Shown here in pieces: positions 52,857 to 62,731 of a stretch of DNA of 64,000 nucleotides. This DNA comes from an uncultured candidate division Zixibacteria bacterium (GTDB lineage: Bacteria > Zixibacteria > MSB-5A5 > UBA10806). Within the stretch, counting starts at the first letter, position 1. Each line of letters opens with the position of its first letter. Position numbers and translations under genes: made by a program. A model generated the notes under the pieces. The model saw nothing but the letters and a program-made list of their open reading frames with translations. It was not told where the DNA came from and ran no database searches. Location of the stretch: positions 1,632,001-1,696,000 of the forward strand of contig CAWDFP010000006.1 of assembly GCA_963801605.1 (NCBI GenBank). Direction: 5' to 3'.

Positions 52857-54857
52857 ATGGAAATTGATCAAAGGCCATCATTTAAGTCGGGATTCCGGTT
52901 GCGGCATGCCGTGGCACTATTGATTTGTCTGGGAATTATCCTGATGCTGGCCGGCTATTTTTCGGTATCTGCGGGTCAACGCGCCTCATTAGAGGCTATT
53001 AAATCGCAGGGACGGGCGCTGACGGAAACGTTGATCTCCTCCGCGCAAATGGTAATCGAATCCGACGACGCTATCACCAGGCTGGCGATCAACAGGTTGA
53101 TCGATATTGAAGATAGATTTGATATTGCCAAAGGATTTAAAATCGATTCAACACTGGAGGAGTGGGCGCGTAATTTCGATGCCGACAAGGTGAGCTTGAT
53201 AGTTAATCGCAAGGTCAGGTCATCGTCGGTAACGCGCGTAAATTTCCTCGAAAATGATACAATCGAGGCCTGGCTTGATTCGCTGCAAATCGATCCCGAT
53301 GATGAAATAATTTACGATTTTCACACGTTTGGGACTGACCGTTACTTATGGGGATATTTTCCCGCCAGCGATACCAGCGGCGTCTTTGCCGCTATCAATT
53401 GGAAATACGGCCAATACGGAAATCAAAATCTGAGCCTCTACTATCTCTTAAATCAGGTCGGCCAGGAATCTGGTATCGAATATATAATGCTGCAAAATCA
53501 GGACGGTATCGTTTTTGCATCCAAGAAGGTTGCCACAATGACCAAGCTATCCGATGATCCTTTCCTGGTGGCCTCGATGCAAAGTGATACCACCCGAAGC
53601 CGTCTGCTGACATTTCAGGACAGGGAGGTTCTGGAAACTGTTAAGACTTTCAAATCGACCGAATTCGAGGGGCTTTTCCGGGTTGGTTTATCTCTTTATG
53701 GTTACAGGCAAATTGCCCACGGCGTTAAACGTCAGGTCTGGTTAGCAGTACTGGCGCTCATCATTATAGGGATGCTGGCATTTGGCATAATCACCGGTTT
53801 CCAGAATGTCGAAATGCTGAAATCCGGGCTTGAAAAAGCGCGAGTCATTTCACAAAGTTTGCTTGATTCAATTCCCGGTCCGGTCATAGCTGTTGACGCT
53901 CGAATGCAAATCACGGATATAAATTCTTTGGCTAAAAATCATTTGGGCTTGTCATCCGCGGCGGTCGGCAATATGGATTATATCAAAGCATTTCCCGACG
54001 ATCCCTTTCAATTCGAGCAAGTGATGAAAACTCAGCGAAGCGCTTCGTTCGAAAAAGCAATGGGGGAGGAGCGCCGCAAGTATTTTATTACAACCACTCC
54101 GCTGATCGGTTTCGACGGTATTTCAATCGGGGCAATCTCAATCGCCCAGGATATAACCGAATCGCGCAAGCTGGAAGCTGAAGCGGAGTCTCGACGCCGA
54201 CTCTCAGAACTTGGCGCCCTGGCAGCCTCGATGGCCCATGAAATCAGGAATCCGCTCAATGCGATCGGACTGACCATTCAGAGAATGAAAAATGAGATCA
54301 AACCGGCCGGATCGGAAGCTGAGTATCTCAAATTTATCGATGGCCTGAGGTCCGAAATAAAACGATTGAATGAAATCATCGAAAAATTCTTAGCCGTAGC
54401 AAGATCGGTTCGTCCCGCCTTGGCGCCGGTAAAAATTGCAGAGCTGATTCAAAATGTGGCTGAGTTATTCGCCAGCCAGGCGCAGGCGCAAAAAATCAAA
54501 CTGACCCATGAAGCGCCAAACGATCTAGTTGTCGATGGTGATAAGGCAGCTTTGACTCAGGCGCTGGTAAACGTGGTTAAAAATAGTTTGGAGGCTGTGA
54601 GCGTTGGCGGCGAGATCAGTATCAAAGGAACAGAATCGAATGGCAAGATACATATTTCCGTAACAGATAATGGCCCGGGCATCACCGACCCCAGCCTGGC
54701 TCAAAAGCCATTTTACACGACCAAAAAGGATGGCACCGGGCTCGGGTTGTCAACGACGTCGAAGATCATGGCGGATCATGGGGGAGAGTTGCTGATTGAT
54801 TCGCCTCCCGGTAAAGGCGCGCGAATAGATCTCATATTGCCCAAAAGAAAACCATGA
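52857..54857 (+). CDS. Sensor histidine kinase (NtrB/ZraS-like, with PAS)
   Basis: Two TM helices, LAASMAHEIRNPLNAI, DNGPG, PFYTTKKDGTGLGL. Confidence 0.92.
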   Translation: MEIDQRPSFKSGFRLRHAVALLICLGIILMLAGYFSVSAGQRASLEAIKSQGRALTETLISSAQMVIESDDAITRLAINRLIDIEDRFDIAKGFKIDSTLEEWARNFDADKVSLIVNRKVRSSSVTRVNFLENDTIEAWLDSLQIDPDDEIIYDFHTFGTDRYLWGYFPASDTSGVFAAINWKYGQYGNQNLSLYYLLNQVGQESGIEYIMLQNQDGIVFASKKVATMTKLSDDPFLVASMQSDTTRSRLLTFQDREVLETVKTFKSTEFEGLFRVGLSLYGYRQIAHGVKRQVWLAVLALIIIGMLAFGIITGFQNVEMLKSGLEKARVISQSLLDSIPGPVIAVDARMQITDINSLAKNHLGLSSAAVGNMDYIKAFPDDPFQFEQVMKTQRSASFEKAMGEERRKYFITTTPLIGFDGISIGAISIAQDITESRKLEAEAESRRRLSELGALAASMAHEIRNPLNAIGLTIQRMKNEIKPAGSEAEYLKFIDGLRSEIKRLNEIIEKFLAVARSVRPALAPVKIAELIQNVAELFASQAQAQKIKLTHEAPNDLVVDGDKAALTQALVNVVKNSLEAVSVGGEISIKGTESNGKIHISVTDNGPGITDPSLAQKPFYTTKKDGTGLGLSTTSKIMADHGGELLIDSPPGKGARIDLILPKRKP

Positions 54858-56192
54858 GAATACTTGTAATAGATGATGAAGCCTCCCAGCGCGAGCTTCT
54901 GGCCGGCCATCTGGAACGTCAAGGCCACGTGGTGCAGACCGCCGGTGATGGCGAGGCCGGATTAACTCTCCTGCACGACTCCGGAGCTGAGGCGGCGTTG
55001 GTCGATATGCGCATGCCGCGTATGGACGGTTTGACTTTCATCAAACGCAGTCTCGAAACCAATCCCGACCTGGCCGTTGTAGTCATGACCGCCTACGGTA
55101 CTGTGGAATCTGCTGTGGAGGCCATGAAAGCCGGCGCGTTCGATTATCTCTTAAAGCCTATCGATCTTGAGCATGTTGGGGTTATCCTGGCAAAAATCGA
55201 AACCAATCAAAAACTTATTTCCGAAAATCGCTATCTTAAACGCAAACTCGAGCAAATGTGATGATTTCAAAGATATCATCGGGCGTTCCAATGGTATAAA
55301 AAAAGTCCTATCGGATGTCTCCCGCATCGCGCGTTCGGATGCCACGGTATTAATTAGAGGCGAATCCGGTACCGGCAAGGAGCTTGTTGCCAGAGCTATT
55401 CATCAAGCTTCGCCGCGCGCGACCGGACCTTTTTTGGCGGTCAACTGCACATCACTGCCTGAGACCCTTTTAGAATCGGAGTTATTCGGGCATGAGCGCG
55501 GGGCATTTACAGGGGCGTCGGCGCGGCATTTGGGACGATTCGAATTGGCCGATCACGGTACTATCTTTCTCGATGAAATCGGCGATATTTCTCTTTCAAT
55601 ACAGGCCAAGCTTCTGCGCGTTCTAGAAACCAAGACGTTTCAGCGTCTCGGAGGCGAGAAGGATATCAAGGTTGATATCCGCGTACTCACCGCCACCAAC
55701 CGCAATCTCGAGGCCAAAGTTAAGGATGGCAGTTTTCGCGAGGATCTGTTTTACCGTCTCAATGTCATTCCCGTTACAATTCCGCCGCTTCGCGAGAGAG
55801 TTGATGATATCCTTCCTCTGATCGAATTCTTTATCGAAAAGTACAATCGCAAAAATAACAAGGCGGTACGTGGCGTAACGCCTCAGGCTAAAGACCTGCT
55901 CCTTCGTCACTCCTGGCCGGGCAATGTGCGCGAATTGGAGAATCTGATCGAGCGGGCCATTGTCCTTTCAGGCGGCGATGTTATCGATGTCGCCGATATC
56001 GATCCTTTTATTCAGGATCGCGATAGTGAGTCCGCCAATTTCGGAAATCTTACTCTTGACGAGATCGAAAAACGCGCTATTATCGAAGCCCTCAAGCGCA
56101 CCGGCGGGAGTTTGATTGAAGCTTCCGAGTTATTAGGCATCCACCGCAATACGCTGAGGATGAAGATACAAAAATACGCGATAACTCTTTAG
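54854..56192 (+). CDS. Sigma54-dependent response regulator, NtrC/ZraR family (frameshift near 55258)
   Basis: REC domain in the first frame; [33 protein letters not shown] and Fis-type HTH in the second. Confidence 0.93.
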
Positions 56193-56352
56193 CGGTTTAG
56201 ATCCCACCAACAAATCCATTAATAATTTCTTTCATTTATTTTATAAACCATATTATATTAGCCCAGTAGCTTTTGGTTTTATTAGTAACTGGGATAATAG
56301 GGAAGACTTGTAATTAATTGTTCGTTAGTTTGTCTTTTACCTGGAGGAAAGG

Positions 56353-57729
56353 ATGAAGCGAATAATTTTTGTATATGGTTTGATATCTATTTCTTTTTGT
56401 AACGCATTTGCCCAAAATCCACTTTTTGAAAATGCCGTCAATTATGATTGCGGTATCCAGCCCGTATCGGTCTGCGCTTCGGATCTTGATAACGATGGCG
56501 ACCTGGATCTTGCGGTGGCAAACTGGGCCGATAGTGGCACTGTCTCAATTTTAATGAATAATGGTAATGCCACCTTTCAGGCCTCGGTCAGCTACTCCGC
56601 AGGCTTTCTTCCCGTTGCTGTAGTCAGCGCCGATTTTAATGGGGATAATTATAATGATCTGGCGGTATCTAATAACGCGGGTATAGCAATTCTCACAAAT
56701 AATGGTGATGGCACATTTCCAGATACTGCCAGATATTTTATAAATAGCCCGTCATCTTGCCTCACCGCCAAGGATCTTGATGGTGATGGGGATATCGATC
56801 TGGCAGTGGGATTGAGCTCCACCAGTATGCTTACCATTCTAATCAACGATGGCACCGGCAATTTTCAAATGGGAGAAAGCTATTATATGGATTATTCTCC
56901 CGTTCGCATTACTGCGGTAGATCTTAATGCTGATAACGATAATGATTTGGCCGTTGTTACCTATGGTTGGGTGGCCATTTTTCTTAATAATGGTGATGGC
57001 ACATTTCAACCGGACACGAATCATATAAGTTCGGACCCGGTATCAGTCGCGGCGGCGGATCTTGATGGTGATAGTGATCAGGATCTCGCCATCGCCAGTT
57101 ATGGAGGCCCGATAAGGGTTTATTGGAATGCAGGTAATGGAACGTTCGATGACCCCAGTTATTTCGATGTATATAGCACATTATACTCAATTATCGCGAT
57201 CCCATTGGATGATGATGATGACTATGATATAATAACCACTTGTCCTGACTCCAGAAAGGTATCATTGCTGAGAAATAACGAAGATAGGACTTTTCAATTT
57301 CATGTCGATTACCCCGTGGAGGGCACTCCCTGTTCGGTTTTTGCGGCCGATTTTGACGGAGATGGAGATAACGATCTGGCGGTTGCGGCATTGTATCATG
57401 TTTCAATATTATTAAATAGAACTATAATTTATGATGCCGTAGAGGACGACAGTGAACAAATGCCAGGAGAAGTTGGACTTTCCCAAAACTATCCCAACCC
57501 CTTTAACGCTCAGACAACAATCCGCTATTATTTACCTGATCCATCAGCGGTCTTAATCGAAATTTTCAACCTTGCAGGTCAAAAGATCGAAACGCCTGTC
57601 GCGGGCACAAAACCCGCCGGCGACAACCAGGTGGTTTGGGATGCCAGCGCACAATCTTCGGGGATTTATTTCTACAGAATCAAGGCCGGTGATAAGGTTG
57701 AAATCAAGAAGATGGAGTTGGTAAAGTAA
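56353..57729 (+). CDS. FG-GAP/VCBS repeat protein with T9SS type A sorting tail
   Basis: Repeated ADLDGDGD.DLAV...N.GDGTF; C-terminal LSQNYPNPFN...SGIYFYRI...KKMELVK. Confidence 0.9.
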   Translation: MKRIIFVYGLISISFCNAFAQNPLFENAVNYDCGIQPVSVCASDLDNDGDLDLAVANWADSGTVSILMNNGNATFQASVSYSAGFLPVAVVSADFNGDNYNDLAVSNNAGIAILTNNGDGTFPDTARYFINSPSSCLTAKDLDGDGDIDLAVGLSSTSMLTILINDGTGNFQMGESYYMDYSPVRITAVDLNADNDNDLAVVTYGWVAIFLNNGDGTFQPDTNHISSDPVSVAAADLDGDSDQDLAIASYGGPIRVYWNAGNGTFDDPSYFDVYSTLYSIIAIPLDDDDDYDIITTCPDSRKVSLLRNNEDRTFQFHVDYPVEGTPCSVFAADFDGDGDNDLAVAALYHVSILLNRTIIYDAVEDDSEQMPGEVGLSQNYPNPFNAQTTIRYYLPDPSAVLIEIFNLAGQKIETPVAGTKPAGDNQVVWDASAQSSGIYFYRIKAGDKVEIKKMELVK

Positions 57730-57740
57730 TAATTCCAGCA

Positions 57741-57766
57741 CTCAGGTCGCAGGCGACCTGAGCTAC
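57741..57766 (-). repeat. GTAG-type REP-like hairpin
   Basis: Minus strand GTAG-CTCAGGTCGC-CT-GCGACCTGAG. Confidence 0.8.
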
Positions 57767-57772
57767 GAATAT

Positions 57773-57826
57773 GGCATCCACCGCAATACGCTTCGGATGA
57801 AAATACAAAAATATCAAATTACATGA
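57773..57826 (+). pseudogene. Relic copy of the sigma54 regulator 3' end
   Basis: [17 protein letters not shown] versus [18 protein letters not shown] at 56136..56192; first 42 nt 38/42 identical, all four differences synonymous. Confidence 0.9.
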
Positions 57827-57959
57827 TGATGTTACGTCGGATACTCTAACCCGTTACCTGCAAGTTTTAAATATATCAAAAGATTTCATAGTAAATTCCG
57901 ATAGATAGTCATAGATACGTCATTAAAGCGTAGACGATTAATATAGCATCGGAGGATAT

Positions 57960-59210
57960 ATGCGTAATTCTTCAAAGCAATTAAAGATATTCCTTCCCTT
58001 AGCGCTCATGATTATTTGTTTTAGCGTGACCGCTGTCGCACAGGATATCGAATTAGCAGGCAGCTATGCTACGCCGCATTATGCGCGTAACGTAGCTGTT
58101 TCCGACAATCTCTGCTATGTAGCCAACGATTCTGCCGGCCTTCTTATCTTGAATGTATCCAATCCGGCCAGCCCGACGCTTCAAGGAAGTTACGATACTC
58201 CCGGATCTACACAAGGGCTTTTCGTTTGCGGCAGCTATGCCTATCTGGCCGATTACTCAACCGGACTTCAGATAATCAATATATCCAATCCCTCAAGTCC
58301 GACATTTACTGGAAGCTATGATACACCGGGGTATGCGAATAAAGTTTTCGTATCCGGCCCTTATGCTTATGTGGCCGATTTTAATACGGGGCTTCAGATT
58401 ATCAATATCACCAATCCGGCCAGTCCCACCCGAATTGGAAGATATGATACGCCCGGGTATGCGATGGGTGTCTATGTATCCGGCGCATACGCCTATGTCG
58501 CGGATGCAACAGCAGGGTTGCAGATAATCAATGTTTCCAATCCGGCAGTTCCGACAATTGCGGGTGCGTATACAACACCTGATATCGCATACGATGTTTT
58601 CATCCAAGGCGATTATGCTTATGTGGCAGATAATTATGCCGGCGTTCAGATAATTAATGTATCCAATCCGACCAATCCCACGTTTACAGCAAGCTACGCA
58701 ATCCCCGCCAACGCCTATGATGTCTTCATATCAAATAATTATGCCTATATTTCAACGTCTGACCACGGTCTTCAAATAGCAAACATTTCTGTGCCAGCTA
58801 ATCCGGTGTTTGCAGCCGGCTATATTACGAATGGGATTTCATGGAATGTATTCGTTGCGGGCAATTACTGTTATGTGGCTGATCATTCTTCAATTGTTAT
58901 TCTTTATTTCTATGCCACCGGCATCGATGATGATAATTCCATGCCAAACCAGTTTGCCCTCTCCCAAAACTACCCCAACCCATTCAATGCCCAGACTACG
59001 ATTAGCTACTCTCTGCCAAAGCAATCAACAGTCTCAATCGACATCTTTGATATCCTTGGCCGCAAGATAGAAACTATCGCCGAGGGGATTGAGCCGGCAG
59101 GAGATCATCAGACGATATGGGATGCCAGCGGTCAGTCATCGGGCATATATTTCTACAAAATAAAGGCTGATGATAAAGTTGAGACGAACAAGATGGTGTT
59201 GATGAAGTAA
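57960..59210 (+). CDS. LVIVD repeat protein with T9SS type A sorting tail
   Basis: Tandem GSYDTPG.A..VFVSG.YAYVAD...GLQIINISNP units; LSQNYPNPFN tail. Confidence 0.9.
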   Translation: MRNSSKQLKIFLPLALMIICFSVTAVAQDIELAGSYATPHYARNVAVSDNLCYVANDSAGLLILNVSNPASPTLQGSYDTPGSTQGLFVCGSYAYLADYSTGLQIINISNPSSPTFTGSYDTPGYANKVFVSGPYAYVADFNTGLQIINITNPASPTRIGRYDTPGYAMGVYVSGAYAYVADATAGLQIINVSNPAVPTIAGAYTTPDIAYDVFIQGDYAYVADNYAGVQIINVSNPTNPTFTASYAIPANAYDVFISNNYAYISTSDHGLQIANISVPANPVFAAGYITNGISWNVFVAGNYCYVADHSSIVILYFYATGIDDDNSMPNQFALSQNYPNPFNAQTTISYSLPKQSTVSIDIFDILGRKIETIAEGIEPAGDHQTIWDASGQSSGIYFYKIKADDKVETNKMVLMK

Positions 59211-59212
59211 TT

Positions 59213-59257
59213 TATGCCTCAGGATATCGCGACAAGACGCTTCCATTCTGAGGCATA
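59213..59257. repeat. Third, diverged copy of the TATGCCTCAGGAT palindrome
   Basis: TATGCCTCAGGAT...GCTTCCATTCTGAGGCATA directly after the stop codon. Confidence 0.8.
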
Positions 59258-59339
59258 TAAATAACCTGCGGAATGATTATCCCAAATAGGTTCTTATGGG
59301 ATATCAATTACGATCTTTATCAATAAGGGAGGTTAAATT

Positions 59340-59573
59340 ATGTGTTTTCTATTCTCACTTTTTCCGGCGACTATTTGGTACACAGTCGGTTATTTTGTAC
59401 TATACTCTGCCTACAGGACTGACGATCGCCTAAAGCGATGTGGTCAAATCCTCGCCATTTGGATTTTCATACTTGCCACCCTAATACCAATTTGCGGATT
59501 ATATTTAACATTTTCAGGAAATTGCCCCCTGGGCCATATATTTAGCTTAATTGGGGGATTGATTAATAAATAA
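59340..59573 (+). CDS. Small 2-TM membrane protein
   Basis: GGAGG RBS, two hydrophobic helices. Confidence 0.6.
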   Translation: MCFLFSLFPATIWYTVGYFVLYSAYRTDDRLKRCGQILAIWIFILATLIPICGLYLTFSGNCPLGHIFSLIGGLINK

Positions 59574-59719
59574 TCTAACCAGTTATTATTAATTAGGTAT
59601 TTTGACAGGACCCCTCAGGCTTTTGACTAATAACAAAATGTAACCGGATACCCCCATAGTCCCATGTTTTGGCCCCCGCTCCCATCATTTAAGACGGCGC
59701 ACCAATCCCTTTCCTCTAC

Positions 59720-59822
59720 GCACAATAATTGTGCATTGGGGCGAAACAATATCCTAGTTCTAAAGTATAAGTTGTTATAAAACAATATCTTGCATGTTCA
59801 GATTGTTTGGCATGATCTTTGT
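59720..59822 (+). promoter_or_regulatory. Sigma54 promoter with an upstream palindromic activator site
   Basis: TGGCATGATCTTTGT (-24/-12, GT in place of GC) at 59808..59822; GCACAATAATTGTGC palindrome at 59720..59734. Confidence 0.7.
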
Positions 59823-59851
59823 ATAGTTATTGGACGGAGATTATAGGAGGA

Positions 59852-60745
59852 ATGATGAACTTAGGTAGAAATTCAAAAAGCAAATGGATGGCGATGGGGG
59901 TATTTTTTGCCGCTATCGTGGCCTTAACGTTTACCGGATGTGATGTACACGAACATGGCGATCACTTTTATCCAAACGATCAACAGCCGCCTCCGGTGCC
60001 AACCGGATTAACATCCACAACCATGGATCAAGCGGTTCTACTTACGTGGAATCCGGTCCGGATGGACCCCAATTTTGACGATCTGGCTGGCTACAGGCTT
60101 TATAGAAGCAATGATAATTATACCTTCAGGCATATTGCCACGCTGAACCCTTCGGATTTGGAATATACCGACACCGGGCTGATAAACGGGCAAACTTATT
60201 ATTATGCTATTTCATCATTTGATGATCATGGCAACGAATCGGAGCTTTCGAGCGAGAACGTATTTGATACTCCTCGTCCCGAGGGATTCGATGTTCGTAT
60301 CTATAGTTATTTAGATCCTGTAAACTCGCACCTTTCCGGATTCGATTTTCCTGATCAGAGCCGTTTGCCCTGGAGCAGTCCGGCCTGCGATTTCTTCATG
60401 GAATATGACACCAGCCGCACGGTCCAGGCCTTTTTCATCTGGCTGGGTCATAACGGTTACCGCATTCAGGATATGGGCTATACCAGCAGTTTCGATGAAA
60501 TCACTTTCGCGCCCGAAACCGGCTGGTCACAATTCGATTATGTGGAGGCGATTGCAGGACACACTTACGTAATCCTGACGACCGATAACCATTACGCCAA
60601 AGTGCGGGTAACATCTTTATCGTATGATCCCACATTCAGCATGGTATTCGATTGGGGCTACCAGGTGGCAGTTGGTAACCGCGAGCTTAAGATCACTCCA
60701 AGCGGCGGTGTTGCCGGCACTCCGAAAGGTATAGAGGTGCAGTGA
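59852..60745 (+). CDS. Fibronectin type III lipoprotein
   Basis: FTGC lipobox; PPVPTGL, LTWNP, DLAGYRLYRS, YTDTGL.NG.TYYY..S.FD..GNES; AGGAGG RBS. Confidence 0.82.
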   Translation: MMNLGRNSKSKWMAMGVFFAAIVALTFTGCDVHEHGDHFYPNDQQPPPVPTGLTSTTMDQAVLLTWNPVRMDPNFDDLAGYRLYRSNDNYTFRHIATLNPSDLEYTDTGLINGQTYYYAISSFDDHGNESELSSENVFDTPRPEGFDVRIYSYLDPVNSHLSGFDFPDQSRLPWSSPACDFFMEYDTSRTVQAFFIWLGHNGYRIQDMGYTSSFDEITFAPETGWSQFDYVEAIAGHTYVILTTDNHYAKVRVTSLSYDPTFSMVFDWGYQVAVGNRELKITPSGGVAGTPKGIEVQ

Positions 60746-61080
60746 TGAAACGGGCGCTAATTGGAGCCATCCTGCTGGCAGGATCGACAATATTTGCCGG
60801 ATGCGGTTTCGTATTCGTGGCACGCAGCCAACCGTCCGCCTACCGTTCTGCCCCGGCCTACTGCTCCGATTGCCATTACATCGGCGCCGGCTATACCGCT
60901 CATCGTCAATGCGGCCATTATGAAATCAAAGTAGCCCATGGCGGTTATTATTATCGTCCCTATGGACACGCTAAACATAATGAGTTTAGATTTGTTAAAT
61001 TTAACGGATCGGATCACAGAACCGAAAACCGATCCGATAGAAATTATGAGCCTGAGAAAGGCACAAGAGCAAGACGCTAA
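60742..61080 (+). CDS. Small lipoprotein with a CxxCH motif
   Basis: FAGC lipobox, CSDCH; overlaps the upstream stop codon. Confidence 0.65.
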   Translation: MMKRALIGAILLAGSTIFAGCGFVFVARSQPSAYRSAPAYCSDCHYIGAGYTAHRQCGHYEIKVAHGGYYYRPYGHAKHNEFRFVKFNGSDHRTENRSDRNYEPEKGTRARR

Positions 61081-61126
61081 CGAGGCTGGGCCTCAGGCGT
61101 TCTACTGCGAAAGGCGGTGGATTAAA

Positions 61127-62731
61127 ATGAAGAAACTAAGAATCTTGGCGGCGGTGATATTCCTGGCCGCAATGACAACGGGGGCTAAGGCGGATAACGA
61201 CCAGGAGGATTATAACTCCTATGGTAACGGCGATGCTCCCCATGTCGATGTTTGGACCAATAAGGGATATGACGCCACCTACAATTTCGGCGAGGACGTG
61301 GCGGTTTATTTCCGGGCCGATCAACAATGCTATGTCACGGTTTATGACATCGACCCATCCGGCGAAGTGAACGTCCTCTATCCCAATACCATGTCGGGCA
61401 GCACTTATGTTGAAGCCGACAGGGTTTACCGAGTCCCTGATACCAATGAAGATTTCAGGATGGAGGTTTCCGGTTCATCCGGCACAGAGCAAATTTATGC
61501 GGTCGCCAGCTACGACTACATGAATCCGCCGGATTTCATGAAATACATTGGATATGATTACGGCAACGATCAATACTACGACCCCAACTATTTCGTTACG
61601 CGTGTCAGAGGCAATCTGGATGATTTCACCAACAACATCGATAATCGCATTGCATCGGGACCATATTCAGTGGCACACACCAGATTTCTGGTAGACACCA
61701 ATTATCGTCATCATCAGCATTACAGATATTGGGATTATGGCGCTTATGATGTCGGCTCGGTTTGGGTCGGCGCTGAATGGCCGGGTTGCGAGGTTTGGAT
61801 CGATGGCGTATTTTTCGGTATCGCTCCAATATTAGTACCTCAAGTACTCGTTGGATATCATTGGGTCTGGGTTTATTATGGCGGTTATCCCTGCTATCAG
61901 CGTTACTTTTATGTGCCGGCGCACCGCAGATTCGATATCGATGCCCGTTTCGACGAGCATTTCAGAGATTACCGTTATCGTCGCGATCATTTCCGCGGCT
62001 GGGTATTCGAGGAGAAACGGTATCGCAATGAGCCCGGATTTGCCGAGCGCGCCAGACAGGATCAGGAAAAGAATATCAGAGTCAGGTCGCTTCCGCCGAC
62101 AGTTATTCGCGACTACGTCGACCGCGGCGTGATTACCAAGGATTCTCCGCTTGCCAAGAGGGTCAGATCCAATGAGGGGAACCAGCAGGTAAGGGGCCGA
62201 GTAGGACAGCCCGATCAGCCGAGGTTTGATCAGCCTCGAAATGGTCAGACTGGAAATCAGCAGCCAGGACGAGTTAATCCAGGCAACGGAGATAAGAATG
62301 TCAGAGGACGGGGCCAAACCGGCATCGAAAAGCCCAATCGTCCGAACGAGGAAAATCCGAGAGTAATAATCCCGGAAAATCCGAGAACTCCGGAAAAAGT
62401 GGCTCCAAATAATTCTGGACGGCGTACCCGTGAGGCCAAATTAATTGAAAAGCATGATACTACCTATAGACCATCCCAGGAGAACTCCAAGCCGTCGCAG
62501 CCAGCCAATGGCCAGTCCGATAATAACTACAAATCGTCAGAGCGATCGAGACCGACCGAGCGCTTTACCCAACCGCAAGAAAAACGCGATAATCAGCCAT
62601 CTGATTCCGGAAAAGGCAGCGGAAACGTTGAACGTCAAAGGCCGTCGAACAATAGCGGCGATAAAGGCAATACTGAAAAGGAAACTAAGTCATCCGGAAG
62701 AGGTAACGGCAAGTCCGGCAGGGGAAGGTGA
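61127..62731 (+). CDS. DUF4384 + PEGA-like secreted protein with a low-complexity tail
   Basis: Signal peptide; Y..GE.V.VYFRA...CYVTVYDIDP.G.V..LYPN; EVWIDG...G.AP; Q/P/R/N-rich tail. Confidence 0.8.
   Translation: MKKLRILAAVIFLAAMTTGAKADNDQEDYNSYGNGDAPHVDVWTNKGYDATYNFGEDVAVYFRADQQCYVTVYDIDPSGEVNVLYPNTMSGSTYVEADRVYRVPDTNEDFRMEVSGSSGTEQIYAVASYDYMNPPDFMKYIGYDYGNDQYYDPNYFVTRVRGNLDDFTNNIDNRIASGPYSVAHTRFLVDTNYRHHQHYRYWDYGAYDVGSVWVGAEWPGCEVWIDGVFFGIAPILVPQVLVGYHWVWVYYGGYPCYQRYFYVPAHRRFDIDARFDEHFRDYRYRRDHFRGWVFEEKRYRNEPGFAERARQDQEKNIRVRSLPPTVIRDYVDRGVITKDSPLAKRVRSNEGNQQVRGRVGQPDQPRFDQPRNGQTGNQQPGRVNPGNGDKNVRGRGQTGIEKPNRPNEENPRVIIPENPRTPEKVAPNNSGRRTREAKLIEKHDTTYRPSQENSKPSQPANGQSDNNYKSSERSRPTERFTQPQEKRDNQPSDSGKGSGNVERQRPSNNSGDKGNTEKETKSSGRGNGKSGRGR

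Noticed and set aside
58050..58900. Tandem DNA repeats of about 126 bp as a non-coding array
   Set aside because: They are in-frame LVIVD protein repeats; the repeats at 34.7-35.6 kb and 56.4-57.4 kb are likewise coding.
57480..59210. Similar 3' ends of two genes as a DGR template/variable repeat pair
   Set aside because: Both encode the T9SS sorting domain, differences are not confined to adenines, and there is no reverse transcriptase in the window.
60860..60880. CSDCH as evidence for a c-type cytochrome
   Set aside because: A single motif in a short protein with no cytochrome context; it could equally bind zinc.
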